A DNA stretch of 57,358 bases from positions 1-57,358 of the forward strand of contig LWCA01000086.1 of NCBI GenBank assembly GCA_001642005.1, written 5' to 3'. Source of the stretch: Intoshia linei. Its lineage: Eukaryota > Animalia > Orthonectida. The notes beneath the pieces were generated by a model that was not told the DNA's origin, searched no databases, and saw nothing but the letters and a program-made list of their open reading frames with translations. The first letter of the stretch is position 1. Every line of letters starts with the position of its first letter. Shown piece after piece: positions 27,135-39,719 of this stretch. The position numbers were made by a program, and so were the translations under genes.

Positions 27135-28705
27135 GCCTTACGAGACTATTCATTTTTACTAAAATTTACATAACATTTTGATTTCATAAAAACTTAAATT
27201 TCACAAAATGAAAGCCAAACTACTTCATAAAATTATTTCGAAAGATTATTCAAAGTGAACAATTAAAAGTGTCACTAATAAAATACAATACTTTACGTTT
27301 TCTCTGAGCTATAAAATTGTTCTAAAACAGTGAGCCTTATTTGAGACTGTATATAGCGAGCAAAATGATTTTTAAAAATATGCAATCTAAGCAATAATTT
27401 TAGAGCCTTATTATTATACAGTAATCTCTCCACAACTATATAACTCGCCATAAGATTATTACTATAATATGGAAATATTAACATTTTATTATATAACTCG
27501 CCATTGATTTAAAATATAAAACTAAAATTTTTAAAACCATTTTTCAGATATAGTTACGATTTTGTGTACTTAAGTTTTAAAATGCTTCTAAATCGCAAAT
27601 GGATAATAAATTTATTTAAAAAGGGGAATCTGTATAGTACACTTACAAAAAATTGTATTTATATTCTATTCTATTTACTGATTTACTATTTAGTAAACCC
27701 ATTTTTTAATTTAAATGTAATTTTTAGAAATTATTTAATTAAAAAAATATCTAATTAATTTCAGCTGTAAAAATTTATTTTTTGATACGATAGATTTTAA
27801 TTATTTTGTATTAAATTTTACAATTTGTATTACAATTTACAATTTTATGTCAATTTAACCTTTCATTTAAAGGTTTTATCTGTTGTTTCTATAGTTTTAA
27901 ATCCTCTATCTCGCCAACGTTTTTAAAAATCCCAAGAATGGCGAGTTATAGAGAGAATACTGTATATCTTTTAGTTTATTTGGAATAAATTTTAAACCGA
28001 AAATTTTTATTCGCCATCTTAGATAAGTNCTATTTAGTAAACCCATTTTTTAATTTAAATGTAATTTTTAGAAATTATTTAATTAAAAAAATAATTAATT
28101 AATTTCAGCTGTAAAAATCTATTTTTGATACGATAGATTTTAATTATTTTGTATTAAATTATACAATTTGTGTTACAATTTACAATTTTATTGCAATTTA
28201 ACCTTTCATTTAAAGGTTTTATCTGTTGTTTCTATAATTTTAAATCCTCTATCTCGCCAACGTATAATTTTGCGTTTCTATATTTTATACCATGGAGTAT
28301 AATTTTATCTTGGATATTTTACTTTGCACGTTTTAGGAAATTTTAATTGCATACATACATTTATAAAAACTTATAAATATCGTCAAATCTGTTCTTAAAA
28401 ATGTTTCAGGTTATTGAGATGCGAATTAATTATTTACTTATTATTATTAATTATATATATATAATATAATATAATTATATATTTTATTGTTGACACTATG
28501 TAAGCATTGGTAATAAAATTAATTTTGTATTCATATGTCATGAGTAATAATTTGTTCACAATTTACAATTGACATGTACCGCCTTATTTTTGTTTGTATG
28601 CAAACAATTTAAATTTTTCAGTTGATATTTTTTGCATACCGGCAAACAATAGTAAATTTATGATTGTACTTTTTTGCATGTATATGTGTTATTGTCTCGT
28701 AAAGG
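27135..28705. mobile_element. piggyBac-like non-autonomous element (TTAA TSD) inside the gypsy integrase
   Basis: TTAA|GCCTTACGAGAC ... GTCTCGTAAAGG|TTAA. Removing it restores the frame KKFK-ITIEPIQYPKGPW. It spans an N gap, so true length is uncertain. Confidence 0.75.
27419..27962. mobile_element. Tc1/mariner (pogo/Tigger-like) MITE nested in the TTAA element
   Basis: TA|CAGTAATCTCTC...TATAACTCGCCAT and ATGGCGAGTTATAGAGAGAATACTG|TA. Confidence 0.7.
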
Positions 28706-28980
28706 TTAAAATTACAATTGAACCTATTCAATATCCTAAAGGCCCTTGGAATTTATCAGTATAGACATTGTAGGGCCAATGTCGTATGTAACCAGTGATA
28801 AACGATTTGGTATAACTGTAATTGACCGATATTCAAAATGGATCGAATTTGTTTTGATTGATGAACCCAATACTCTGAACATTGTGAATACGCTAAGTGA
28901 TATTTTTTCTCGAGAAGGATTACCAACTAGAATTATTTCTGATAACGGTCCTCAATTTACATCTGAACGTTTTAAAAATN

Positions 28981-29373
28981 AGTACACTTACAAAAAATTG
29001 TATTTATATTCTATTCTATTTACTGATTTACTATTTAGTAAACCCATTTTTTAATTTAAATGTAATTTTTAGAAATTATTTAATTAAAAAAATATCTAAT
29101 TAATTTCAGCTGTAAAAATTTATTTTTTGATACGATAGATTTTAATTATTTTGTATTAAATTTTACAATTTGTATTACAATTTACAATTTTATGTCAATT
29201 TAACCTTTCATTTAAAGGTTTTATCTGTTGTTTCTATAGTTTTAAATCCTCTATCTCGCCAACGTTTTTAAAAATCCCAAGAATGGCGAGTTATAGAGAG
29301 AATACTGTATATCTTTTAGTTTATTTGGAATAAATTTTAAACCGAAAATTTTTATTCGCCATCTTAGATAAGT
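28981..29373 (+). repeat. Apparently exact 393-bp duplicate of 27636-28028
   Basis: Both copies run AGTACACTTAC...CTTAGATAAGT and each abuts a single N (28029 and 28980). A slightly diverged partial third copy lies at 28030-28262. Confidence 0.9.
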
Positions 29374-29578
29374 AGTTTTGGCTTCACATTTATCACCAAA
29401 TAAACTAAAATTGATAGTACGTTTTTTTTCTGGTCACACTAATTAACAGATATTAGGTTGTCACATTGTTACATAATACATAATATCAACCACAATATCA
29501 TTTAAAAAAATAAAGTATAATAATTATAATTATTGTAATGCATTTTTATTATGAACATTTTACACTTCAAAAAATGCC

Positions 29579-30761
29579 ATGAAATATTTAAAAACTTTTA
29601 ATTCTATAAAAACTTGCAAATTTTTATACAAAAAATGTTTGTACAGTTTTGTAGTATTGAAAAAATTGTTTAAAGACTGGAAAAAAACGGACATTTTATT
29701 TTTAAATTCAAACCTTGTGTTAATAAACAAACCAATTCAAACTGTTTCACACATTTACACAAATATATTTAATAATGCCGACAGTATTGGTTTTAATTTA
29801 ATTCATCAATATCCGAAATTATTCAATTTATCAAAAATGTGGATTTGTCATCGTTTGGATTATGCGACAAGTGGTGTTATGATCTTGGCTCGTGATGCAG
29901 GCACAGCCAAACAAATTTCTCATTTATTCATGAAAAGAAAAGTTTCAAAGTTTTACATTGCCATTGTAATTTTTTTATAATTGTAATCAACTAATTAACT
30001 ATGTAGTTTGTTCTTCCGAAATGTATACATTTATATTTTTTAGTTGGAAGGTCATTTATCACAAAATTACCAACATGGTATAGAAATTAAAAATTTTATG
30101 ATTAGAACTGAAAAGATTAAATATTATAAAATGGATATTACCAACAACTCAAATTATGGCAAATTGGCCCATACTATGGTCTGGTTGATTAGCCATGGAT
30201 ATTTAGATGGACGCCCAATTTCAAAAGTATTACTACACCCGAAAACTGGTAAACATTGTTTAATTTACAAGAAATCCAACAATTAGCGGGTTTCACCGTA
30301 CAACACAATTGATTTAACTATGACTAATCTTGTTTAGAATATAAAATGTTTAATTTATTCAATTTAATTATAAGCCACGAAACCACTTTTGGTAACCCAA
30401 TATATTATGTTTATTCCTTTACATTATAAAATATATTTAATAAGGTCGAACTCACCAACTGCGTGTTCATTGTGCTCTGGTATTACAGCACCCAATTGTT
30501 TTTGATGGTCTTTATGGAATTAATGTTCCTTTGGTGCTCGAGCCAAATTATGTTGTTAGGTAAAATTTTTTAAATGTTTAAAATTTTTGTAGGTTTAAAA
30601 CTTTACTTAGATTACATTTACACGCTTATTGTATTTCATTTTGTTTGAACCAAGAAAACATTAACATTATACACCACGACATATTCACAAATGTAAATAT
30701 TAAACAATTGTATTTTTTTAAAAATTTTAACAAATTATTAAATATTGTAAATAAAAGTTAA
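29579..30761 (+). CDS. RPUSD1: RluA-family pseudouridine synthase, RPUSD1-like, 4 exons
   Basis: Exons 29579-29965, 30044-30248, 30445-30559, 30593-30761. Motifs: INKP, catalytic CHRLDYATSG, HGYLDGRPISKVLLHPKTGRTHQLRVHC, HPIVFDGLYG, RLHLHAY. Confidence 0.85.
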
Positions 30762-30963
30762 ATACATTAATTAATTAGTAATTAGTTTTCCTTTTAAAAG
30801 TTTGAACCAAACGTAAACCAACTTAAAATTAAAACTTATTTATAAAATAACTTTCACTTTTAATTGAAAAATTTTATTCAATTACTAATTCCATAGAAAC
30901 ATAAAATTGAAAATTGGGTATTTAAAAAATCTTTTGAAATTTAGTCAACTAAACTTGCGTTCA

Positions 30964-33900
30964 ATGTCTGAATATTTTGCAGATTATGCGAAACGTGGAA
31001 CATCAACTTGCAAAAAATGTCGAAACAAACTAAAAAAAGGAGATCTAAGGTTGGGTAAACAAATGGCAAATTTTTTTCATGATGGTGAAGGAAGAATGAA
31101 TGTCTATTATCATCCGGCTTGTTTATTTGAAGCATTTGCTAAATCAAGAAAGCAAACTAGTATTATCGAATCAATTGATGAAATTGAAGGATTAAAAAAC
31201 GTTAAAGAGGATGATAAATCTTTGATTGTTGATTTAATTGATGGTATGCAAAACAAGTCGTTTGGGTTTAAAGAAACTAACCAACCGAAACTTTCTAATT
31301 TCTTTAAAGTCATTGATAAAGGTAATAAAATAGTACAGATGGCCAAATATTTTTAATAATGAAAAGTTGTTGAATCATAATAATGATGGCGTAATCGAAA
31401 CATAATAAATTGTCTAGAAATTCCTATAACAATGTATTATGGGATCAAGTTGCCCTAAAAATTATACTAATGGATAATTATTTGCAGCTTCATTTTTATC
31501 GTAAATAATTATTTATTGAATGTTTAATTTTATGTTTTTGTATTGCTAAAATTCATTATTTTATGTTTATTTAAAGGAAAACCCTTACAAAAACTTTTAA
31601 ATCCAATAAAAATTGAATATTGCTGCAAAGATGATAAATTTGAATCCTTTACATCTATATGCGAACAAATTTCAACGATATCAGCATATTTGGATAAACG
31701 CGACGTAGTAAAAAAATTTTTAAACACTGGTTGTGAAGGAGGTTGGTTTAAATTTTTTATTTTTATTAATTCATCGATTAGATGGATACAAAGGAGATGT
31801 TTATACTTTTATGAAATTATTACTAGTTAAACAAGATGTCCGTATTTATAGATTAAATTCTAAACAAATTATTAAAGTCATCTCCCTGGTTTTTTAATTT
31901 TTTTGGGCTTTATATTTTTTAAGATTTTAGGTACCAATTTAGAAGACATGCGTCAAGATTTAGATAATGGTGATGTTTCAATGACTGTAGAAAAATTTTT
32001 TGATGAAAATTCATCCATTCAGCCATGTGAAAAGTCTACTTTGTCAATAAAAGAAGTATGTTTGTGTGAGCTAAATTATATATTTTGTTCTATAAGTATA
32101 ATGATAAATTAGTTTCAATTTTATTATTTTAATCATCTTCTCTATATCTATATCAGGAAACTCATAAAAATCCACTTAAATTCTGTGTGAATGATTTTCA
32201 AAGTATTCATTAAGCCTACTTTTAAAATTTATTAAACCCATAAAACTGAAATGTAAAGTTTACTTTATAAATCAATTTAAATCCCTTTACATTTTAATGT
32301 GAATCTCTCTAAACGTGGTTTAAAATAATAAAAAAAACATACCGCTAATTTTTAAAAATTGTTTAAAAAACTCTGTAAAATTTTTTATACTTCACATCAC
32401 CTGTATAAATCCGTTTAAAAACTTTTCAAAAAATCTATTAATCTTCTTTTAGATTGAAGAATAAACTTAAAACTCAATTTGGTTAAAAGATTCATTTAAT
32501 TCCCTATTAAATTTTTCAAAAAAACCCTTAACTCTCTTTTTTATATACACAAAAAGTATAAAATTTAAATCTTAAATTTACGCCTAAATTTTAAACTTTT
32601 AAGTTGAAATACATTCTCAAGATCAATTTAAAATTTTCCAAAAAATTTCTTGGACATCGCTTTAAATACAGATAAAACAAAGAAATCTAAAATTTTATTT
32701 CAAAATTCTTTTCCATTCCTATTTAAAGTTCGACAAAAAATCCTTTGTGTATCCCTTCTATGATTCAGAAAATCTAAAACATTTTGGAATTTCTCATAAA
32801 TTTGATTTTAATTTTTTACAAAATTTTCATCAGACTTTCTGTTTAGTGAAATATCATTAACCAATAATTATTTATATTATTATAATTTTATTTTATAGAT
32901 TGATTCATTTTTGGATGAAATGACAGTAAATACCACTGAAATAAAACAAAAAATTATATTTACAAATATTTTACGGCGTTGTACAAAAATGGATGTTTTA
33001 TACCTAATTAGACTGATAAAACACGATCTTAGAATTAATTTAGGATCTAAATATGCGTAATTTTTGAAAAGTAAATTTGTATAGTTTATATCATTTAGAT
33101 TGGAAAGTTTATACGACGATGCATATGAAGCTTTTCAAATGACTCTAAATTTAAAAGATTTGGTTGACCGTGTTGCCAAAGTCAAAGAACTGAACCGTGA
33201 AACTGGTAAAGTCAATCCTTTGGAAATTTCAGCTCAAATTATGATTCCAATAAAACCTATGCTTGTATTATTTATACATTTTTTTAGTTATCTATAAATC
33301 AATATTTTTAAGCGGTTATGCAATTCCATTTTAAAATATTTAGGCTGAAGCATGTCGTAATTTTGAAGAGACATTGGAAAAATTTCCTGACGGTCTTTAT
33401 TGCGAAACTAAATATGATGGAGAACGAATACAGATTCATAAAATGAATGACACTTTTAAATATTTCAGTCGAAGTCTCAAACCTGTTTTACCACATAAAG
33501 TAAATTTGGCTAATTAATTTACACTGAAGGGTTTGAGGTAATTTGATTTTTAGGTGAAATATTTGGAAGGTTACATTGTCAAGGCTTTCCCTCATGCCAA
33601 AAATTTGATTATTGATGCAGAATTGTTGCTTATAGATACAAAAACTAGCAAACCACTGCCTTTTGGAACTTTGGGAATTCATAAAAGAAAACAATTTGAT
33701 ACCGCCAATGTCTGTCTATTTATTTTTGACTGTATCTACTTTAATAATGAAAATTTGATTTCAATGTATTTTTATTTGTGATTTCTAACGGATTACTGTG
33801 TTTATTTTGTTATATTTTGATTTTTTAGGCCACTTGAAGAAAGGCGAAAAAGAATGGAGTCTTTTATTAAGCCTATTCGTAACAGAATACATTTATCTAA

Positions 33901-35488
33901 AATTTCTTTGGTTATGGTAATCATTTGATACGTTTGTTGTTTATACCAATAACTCAAGTTTAAGACGTTTTTGAGGGGTACATGGCGTGAACAAAGTTGA
34001 GTACGATTTTTGAAACAATATTGGTCACGAGTCGTGATAAACTGGATGTTTATTGTAAGAATTTTATATTTTATCTTTTTAGAATCTTAGTCAACTAAAG
34101 AAACAAATGAATAGAGTTTACAAAAAATCTTTGGAGGGTTTAATGTTAAAAGATATTCACGTAAATTTTTGAGAAAATATTAAATATTAAAATTATTAAA
34201 TAGGGTATATACGAACCTGGTAAGAGACATTGGTTCAAAGTTAAAAAAGATTATTTGAAGGATGGTGTAATGGCAGATTCAGCTGATTTAATTCCAATGG
34301 GGGCTTATTACGGGACTGGCAAGAAAGGTTGATAAAATTGAACTTAATGTATTGTAAGTTGCAACTATCTTGTATTTTGTGTACTTTATACAAACTTAGC
34401 GTTCAAATTTTTTATTGTAACTATCCAAAATATCATTGCAAATATAAATAAATTTTTGGTTTTTGACCGTGAAGATGTAAATTTCTGAGATTAAAATGTA
34501 TCTTGATGTATGTACCAGAAAAAACTGACTTGTATTTTTTTTACATTTTTGGACTGTCAGTTTTCTAAATAAATGGTAATACACAGACACAAATTTAGCT
34601 GCTTTTACTTTACACAAGTAATAATTTTTGTGATATTTATTGAATAATGATATATTTTCATCAATAGGAGGAATTATGTCAGTATTCCTGATGGGAGTCT
34701 ACGATAAGCAAACTGATACATTTAAAACAGTTACTAAATGTGGAAATGGTTTTGATGACAGTACTATTGATTCTTTACAAAATACTTTGAATGTATTGAA
34801 AATATCTAAAGTGTGTTATTAATTTAGCCGTTAATTTTTGTTATTTAGAATAAAACACTATTACCCAAAAATTTTGTGATTAGTGATTCTTTAATTCCAG
34901 ATTTTATTATAAAAGATCCAAAGGTAGAAATATTTTTCCTTTATCAATTTTTAGACTGCACCAATTTGGGAAGTTTCTGGAGCAGAATTTTCAAAATCAG
35001 ATATTCATACGGCCGATGGAATGTCTATTCGATTTCCAAGGTTTACCAAAGTTAGATATGATAAATCTTTTGAACAATCGACGGATTTAGAATATTTGAA
35101 GGTATGCAAATTTATTAACGGTCTGAGTTCATTTATGACATGCCAGATGAGAAATGTGCCAACATTTCTGATTTAATATAATTTTAATATGTAAGTACAT
35201 TGTAGTTAGTGTAGTTCATTTTGTGTAATTGTATTATTTCATTTATAGGTTTTGTTTGAAAAATCTAAAGAAACTGCTTTAAATTTTGTTGAAAAATGTG
35301 AGACTGAAAGCAGCAATAGTAAAAGTGACATTGAAAATGATACTGATGATGATATTGAAAATAGCAATGTCATGGAAAAAGATGATATACCAGAGAAGAA
35401 CGTTACTGGGCCAATGGATTCGTTTTTTTCAAAAATTAAAAGAGGCAACACTGAGAATGGTGGACCGCCTCACAAAATTTCAAAATAA
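30964..35488 (+). CDS. LIG3: DNA ligase 3, ~15 exons, no C-terminal BRCT seen
   Basis: PARP-type zinc finger (YAKRGTSTCKKC...HPAC), LIRLIKHDLRINLG, PIKPMLAEAC, motif I ETKYDGERIQIHK, EGLMLKD, YEPGKRHWFKVKKDY, SIRFPRFTKVRYDK. Exons 30964-31321, 31577-31741, 31782-31888, 31924-32055, 32899-33056, 33099-33264, 33344-33499, 33554-33765, 33829-33916, 34083-34160, 34204-34327, 34668-34810, 34849-34923, 34955-35101, 35249-35488. Confidence 0.96.
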
Positions 35489-36456
35489 ACTTTGATTGAT
35501 TTTATCAAAGTTTTTAAATATCTATCCAATCAAATTTGTTATATATTTTTTCAAGTTATTACAATTTCATTATTAAATTGTCCATTATATTTTTATACTT
35601 GATGCATATATTTCTTGTTAAATTTTAATTCACAGAAAAAAAGACAAATTAATTAAAATTAATTTTTACTCATATATTTTGTATTAGAATAGGGAACGTT
35701 TTTAAAGGAATAATTAAGAAATTTTTTTGATAAAAAAGTCAAATGTAACGATACTGAAAAATGCTATTCAATATTTTAATTAGCGGGAAACCCTAACCAT
35801 TAGGACCTAATATACATGTAAGTAATTAAATTAATTCAAAGACAGTTCAATGAAAACAATTATATGTTTACATATAAATTTTTTGATTTAAAATTTGGTA
35901 GTAAGTTACTCAGATTTAGTGGTTCGTACATCAACCATATCCACCTTTAAAAAAATTGTTGCTAATTAAGAAAAAGTGAAATGTAAGCGTGAAAACATAA
36001 TTAAAAAAGGCTTAACACATTTCCATGGATATTGTACTTTGGACTATAATTTTCATGTTTCTTTACTGTTTACTCCCGTTGTTATTGATATCATTAAAAC
36101 CAGAGCTGAGCCTACCCAGATGGATAAAATAACGAAAGTGAAAAATAGACCTTAAAAAAATTTTTGAAAAACAATGCATTGTCATATTGCCCCTACCCAC
36201 CTCTCTAAGGCTCTCGACTTTACATTTTAAATTTAATACACAAAATAGTTATATTTAAAAATATAATTTTTTTAATGCTAAATTTGGAAAAATGAGGCCT
36301 CATTTTCGTCTGGAATGTTTTAACTTACATGCAGTATACAGTGTATATTATCCTGTAGTATAGTGGATAGATTTTAAAATTGAAGATGCCGATTAAAATT
36401 TAATATATTTTTTACATGTACCATGCTGACAAATAAAACTAGTTTGAAAATTAACG

Positions 36457-39400
36457 ATGAATAATGATACTACTACAAATCAAGACATTGAAGGTCCACC
36501 AGATTTCGGATATTTTGGTTGGCGACCAAATTGTTTCCAAAAAATGAATAACCCCAAAGTATTATTTTCAACGTTGTGCTTAGCGGGCATATTACAAGGA
36601 ATGGTTGTAAATGGTTTTGTGAGTACAGGATTAACTACACTTGAAAAAGCATTCAAATTTGACATTAGTGTAACGTTTTTGTTGATGATTTTTGATATTG
36701 GTACAATCTTAACCCTGTATCCAATCTGTTTTCGATTGAATCCAAATTTAAGAATTCGAGCTATAGGTATCATCTAATATATGTATGCCACAATGTATAT
36801 TCATTTTAGCCATTACATTAATTATGTTTGGTATTGGTGCCTTTATATTTACAGTTCCACACTTTTTGCTTTATAAGTCGTATAAACAAGAACTTATGGG
36901 TGCATCCTGTTATAATGGAAAAATTTGTAATGTTATTAGTTTTATATCTACATATTTTGCAAATATAGACGAAGAAGCACAAGAAGAAAATTTGCGCACT
37001 ATTGTTTATTGCACATTTGCAGTGTCATTTCTTTTGATGGGTATCTCATGCTCTTGTTTGAGTACTATTGTTTTATCTCTTTTTAATCAAAGCATCCATT
37101 TTCAATACTATTATGCTATATTCAGTGGTTTAACTGCAGTATCTCCGCCATTGGGTTTTCTTATAAACTCTATATTTTTAAATGTGGGTTATAATACCAA
37201 AAATGTTTTGAGGTTATTTTTAAAAATGTTTATCCTTATATTACTATTAATACACTGTTCTCTCCAAATGGCGTCATGTCTTGATATATACTATTTAAAC
37301 TTTAAAATAACAAATATTAAATGTTTTAGGTGTACAAAAGTGATGACCAAACACTTGTATATGTGTTAAAATATATATTAATAAAAGTTAAATTAAATAC
37401 AAATTTAGAATCGATTTTCATAATTCAGCCTTTATCGGATCTTGGTGGATAGGATTTCTTTTTGGTGGTACATTGGCTGTTATAATAGCCATAATTTTAT
37501 TTGGATATTCTAATCATTACCCGGGTATTTAAATTTTACTTTATATATATTATATATATATTTGTATACTTATGGTGATTTGCACCAATTTCTGTTTGTC
37601 AACAGGTGTGTGTTTTATAGCTAATTTTTTGTTTTAGAGTGGCTTGAACTTCAGCTCCGATTAAATATTTTAATATATAATTAACAAATGTAAATAATTT
37701 ATGGATCATTGATTAGTCAGCCTAATCTATATCTTAGGACTTATTAAGACTAATCAGATTTTGCATATTTTTTATAAACTTGATAGAAAATAGACTCGTA
37801 AAATTTTAAAATATTGAGTGTGTCCATAATTATTTATATTTATGTATAAACTTGAATTACTGTGTCTATGAAAAACTAAAAAGTTTACAAATAATAAACT
37901 TGTATACATTTTGTGTGCGAGAAAATGTCAGATAATTCCAATATCTGAAATGTATGCCTTTGGCATCTTAAATATTATTTGCATTTTGCAACAAATTTAA
38001 TTTTGAAATTCAACTTTTCTGATGAACTTAGTAACATTGTTTTAATAGTACAGATTGTAAAAATGGTTATTTACATAAAAAATTGTCTAATTGTCTACGT
38101 CTCAAAATAAGAGACTTTCAATCCTACAAATAACACATTGTAGGGACAGTTTTTTCCAGCGCATCTAATTATCTGTATTTCAATCTCTGAAATTAACATT
38201 TTCATCGTTAAAATAGCATATTGTAATTTTATCAAAACAAAATCATATTAAATGATCATATTAAAATTTATTTTTCTTAATATGATTTGTAAAATTTGAC
38301 TAAAATATATTTTGAAAAAAATTATTCTACGGCATGTTATTGAATGTAATGTAAGACATTAATATTATTTAGAATATTTGAAAAATAAACACACTGCTAC
38401 AATAGACCACCCAAAATTACTTTATCCAAACTTTAGTAGTCTAAAGAAAAGTTTAATTGAATTATTTAAAGTTAAAACATACATTTTAATATGTCTGAGC
38501 AATATATTTGATGCTTGTTTGATATACAATTTATTACTGTACTTGCCAAAAATTACCGAATTATTGTTTGGATCACACTCAAGTACAATTGCCTTAAATT
38601 TAGGTAAATTAAAATTTCATAAAATTTAAAAAAAATAGGATTGGCTTTAATAATAATGGCTCCAATGGGTACTATAATTAGTAAAGCTTCATTAAAATAT
38701 CAAAATTTTTCCGATTCCTGGTACTATGTTTGTTTGCTATTCTTTCTACCGTCAACGTTGTTATTCATATTACATTGTGAAATAATTCCTGTAGTAGGAA
38801 TCCATGAACCGTACACAGATAATAGGTTGGTGGATGGGTATAATGACTGTATAATTAATTTTTAGACTAATTCCGTCACTAGAAAACGATTGCAATAGTA
38901 ATTCTACCTGTTGTCATACAAACATGGTTCCATTATGCTATTCAAATGATAATAAAAAAATGGAATACACTATATATGCTTCAGAATGTTGGGCAGGATG
39001 TAATCCTATGAGTCACGTACATTGTTTTAAAATTTAAATAAAAATTTATAAAGGAATCGTGCTCTTGTTTACCTAAAACTGGTAAAATTGTAGATAATAT
39101 TGAATGCCAGGAAAAAATGTTGACTTGTCCAATGTTTAATCCATATTATATTGCTTTACCCATATTTTTCTTTTATATTTTTATGGCTTGCACTCCCATG
39201 ATTAATAATATTATAAGGTAATTTTATTAATTATAAAATGACTAAATTTTTAGATGCGTAAATAAAAGTGATCAATATTTAGCTGTTGGAGTATATTGGA
39301 TGATTTGTAGACTTTTAGGTAAATTTAAATTTTGAGTTGAATGATAAATTGGGTGTACAAACACTTGGACCAGGGTGTAACAATTGTGTAAAAATAAAAA

Positions 39401-39719
39401 TTATGATTTTAGTAACTGAAACTTTCCATATTTATTAAGTTAATAATTTGACATTTAATTTAATTTTTTTATATTTTTAGGTATTTTACCGGGGCGTTAC
39501 ATTTTTAGAATTCTTTTTGAAATAAATTGCATTTATCGAGATTCTAAAGATGTGTGTATATTTTACAATACTGGACACTTTCAAATTATGCTAATTTCTC
39601 TTATTATCTCATTAAGATCCATTAGTGTTTTATTTTTATTTTTTATTAAAGAAAATAAAACCTACAAATCAAGTAAATGTTTGTATCCTATATCATTAAA
39701 AATTATCAATCAAAATTGA
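36457..39719 (+). CDS. Organic anion transporting polypeptide, SLCO4-like, divergent, multi-exon
   Basis: N-terminus FGWRPNCFQKMNNPK...ILQGMVVNGF...TTLEKAF, IFTVPHF, signature-like FIGSWWIGFL (~37432-37460), LYLPKITELLFG, Kazal-like CNSNSTCC...PLC...YASECWAGC, IIRCVNK...AVGV...CRLLGILPG. Stop TGA at 39717-39719. Confidence 0.88.

Larger units (their letters stand above)
26545..28979 (+). pseudogene. Decayed Ty3/gypsy pol fragment (RNase H end, integrase zinc finger, start of catalytic core), interrupted
   Basis: RIKRWSIFLREY / IEHVKGKNNEIADFLSRLP, LAH...KTKRLLRRHFWFPSM...CSAC, PW / EFISIDIVGP, VIDRYSKWIE, GLPTRIISDNGPQFTSERF. Contains frameshifts, an insertion at 27135-28705 and truncation at the N at 28980. 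No LTRs recognised. Confidence 0.9.

Noticed and set aside
27564-29103. ORFs 27564-27758 and 28897-29103 with identical C-termini, suggesting a duplicated gene or integrase fusion
   Set aside because: They derive from the duplicated MITE sequence and from read-through across the N at 28980.
20689-36773. Antisense or alternate-frame ORFs at 20689, 30941, 31110, 31530, 33488, 35239, 35286 and 36480
   Set aside because: They are shadows of real CFAP52, LIG3 and SLCO exons.
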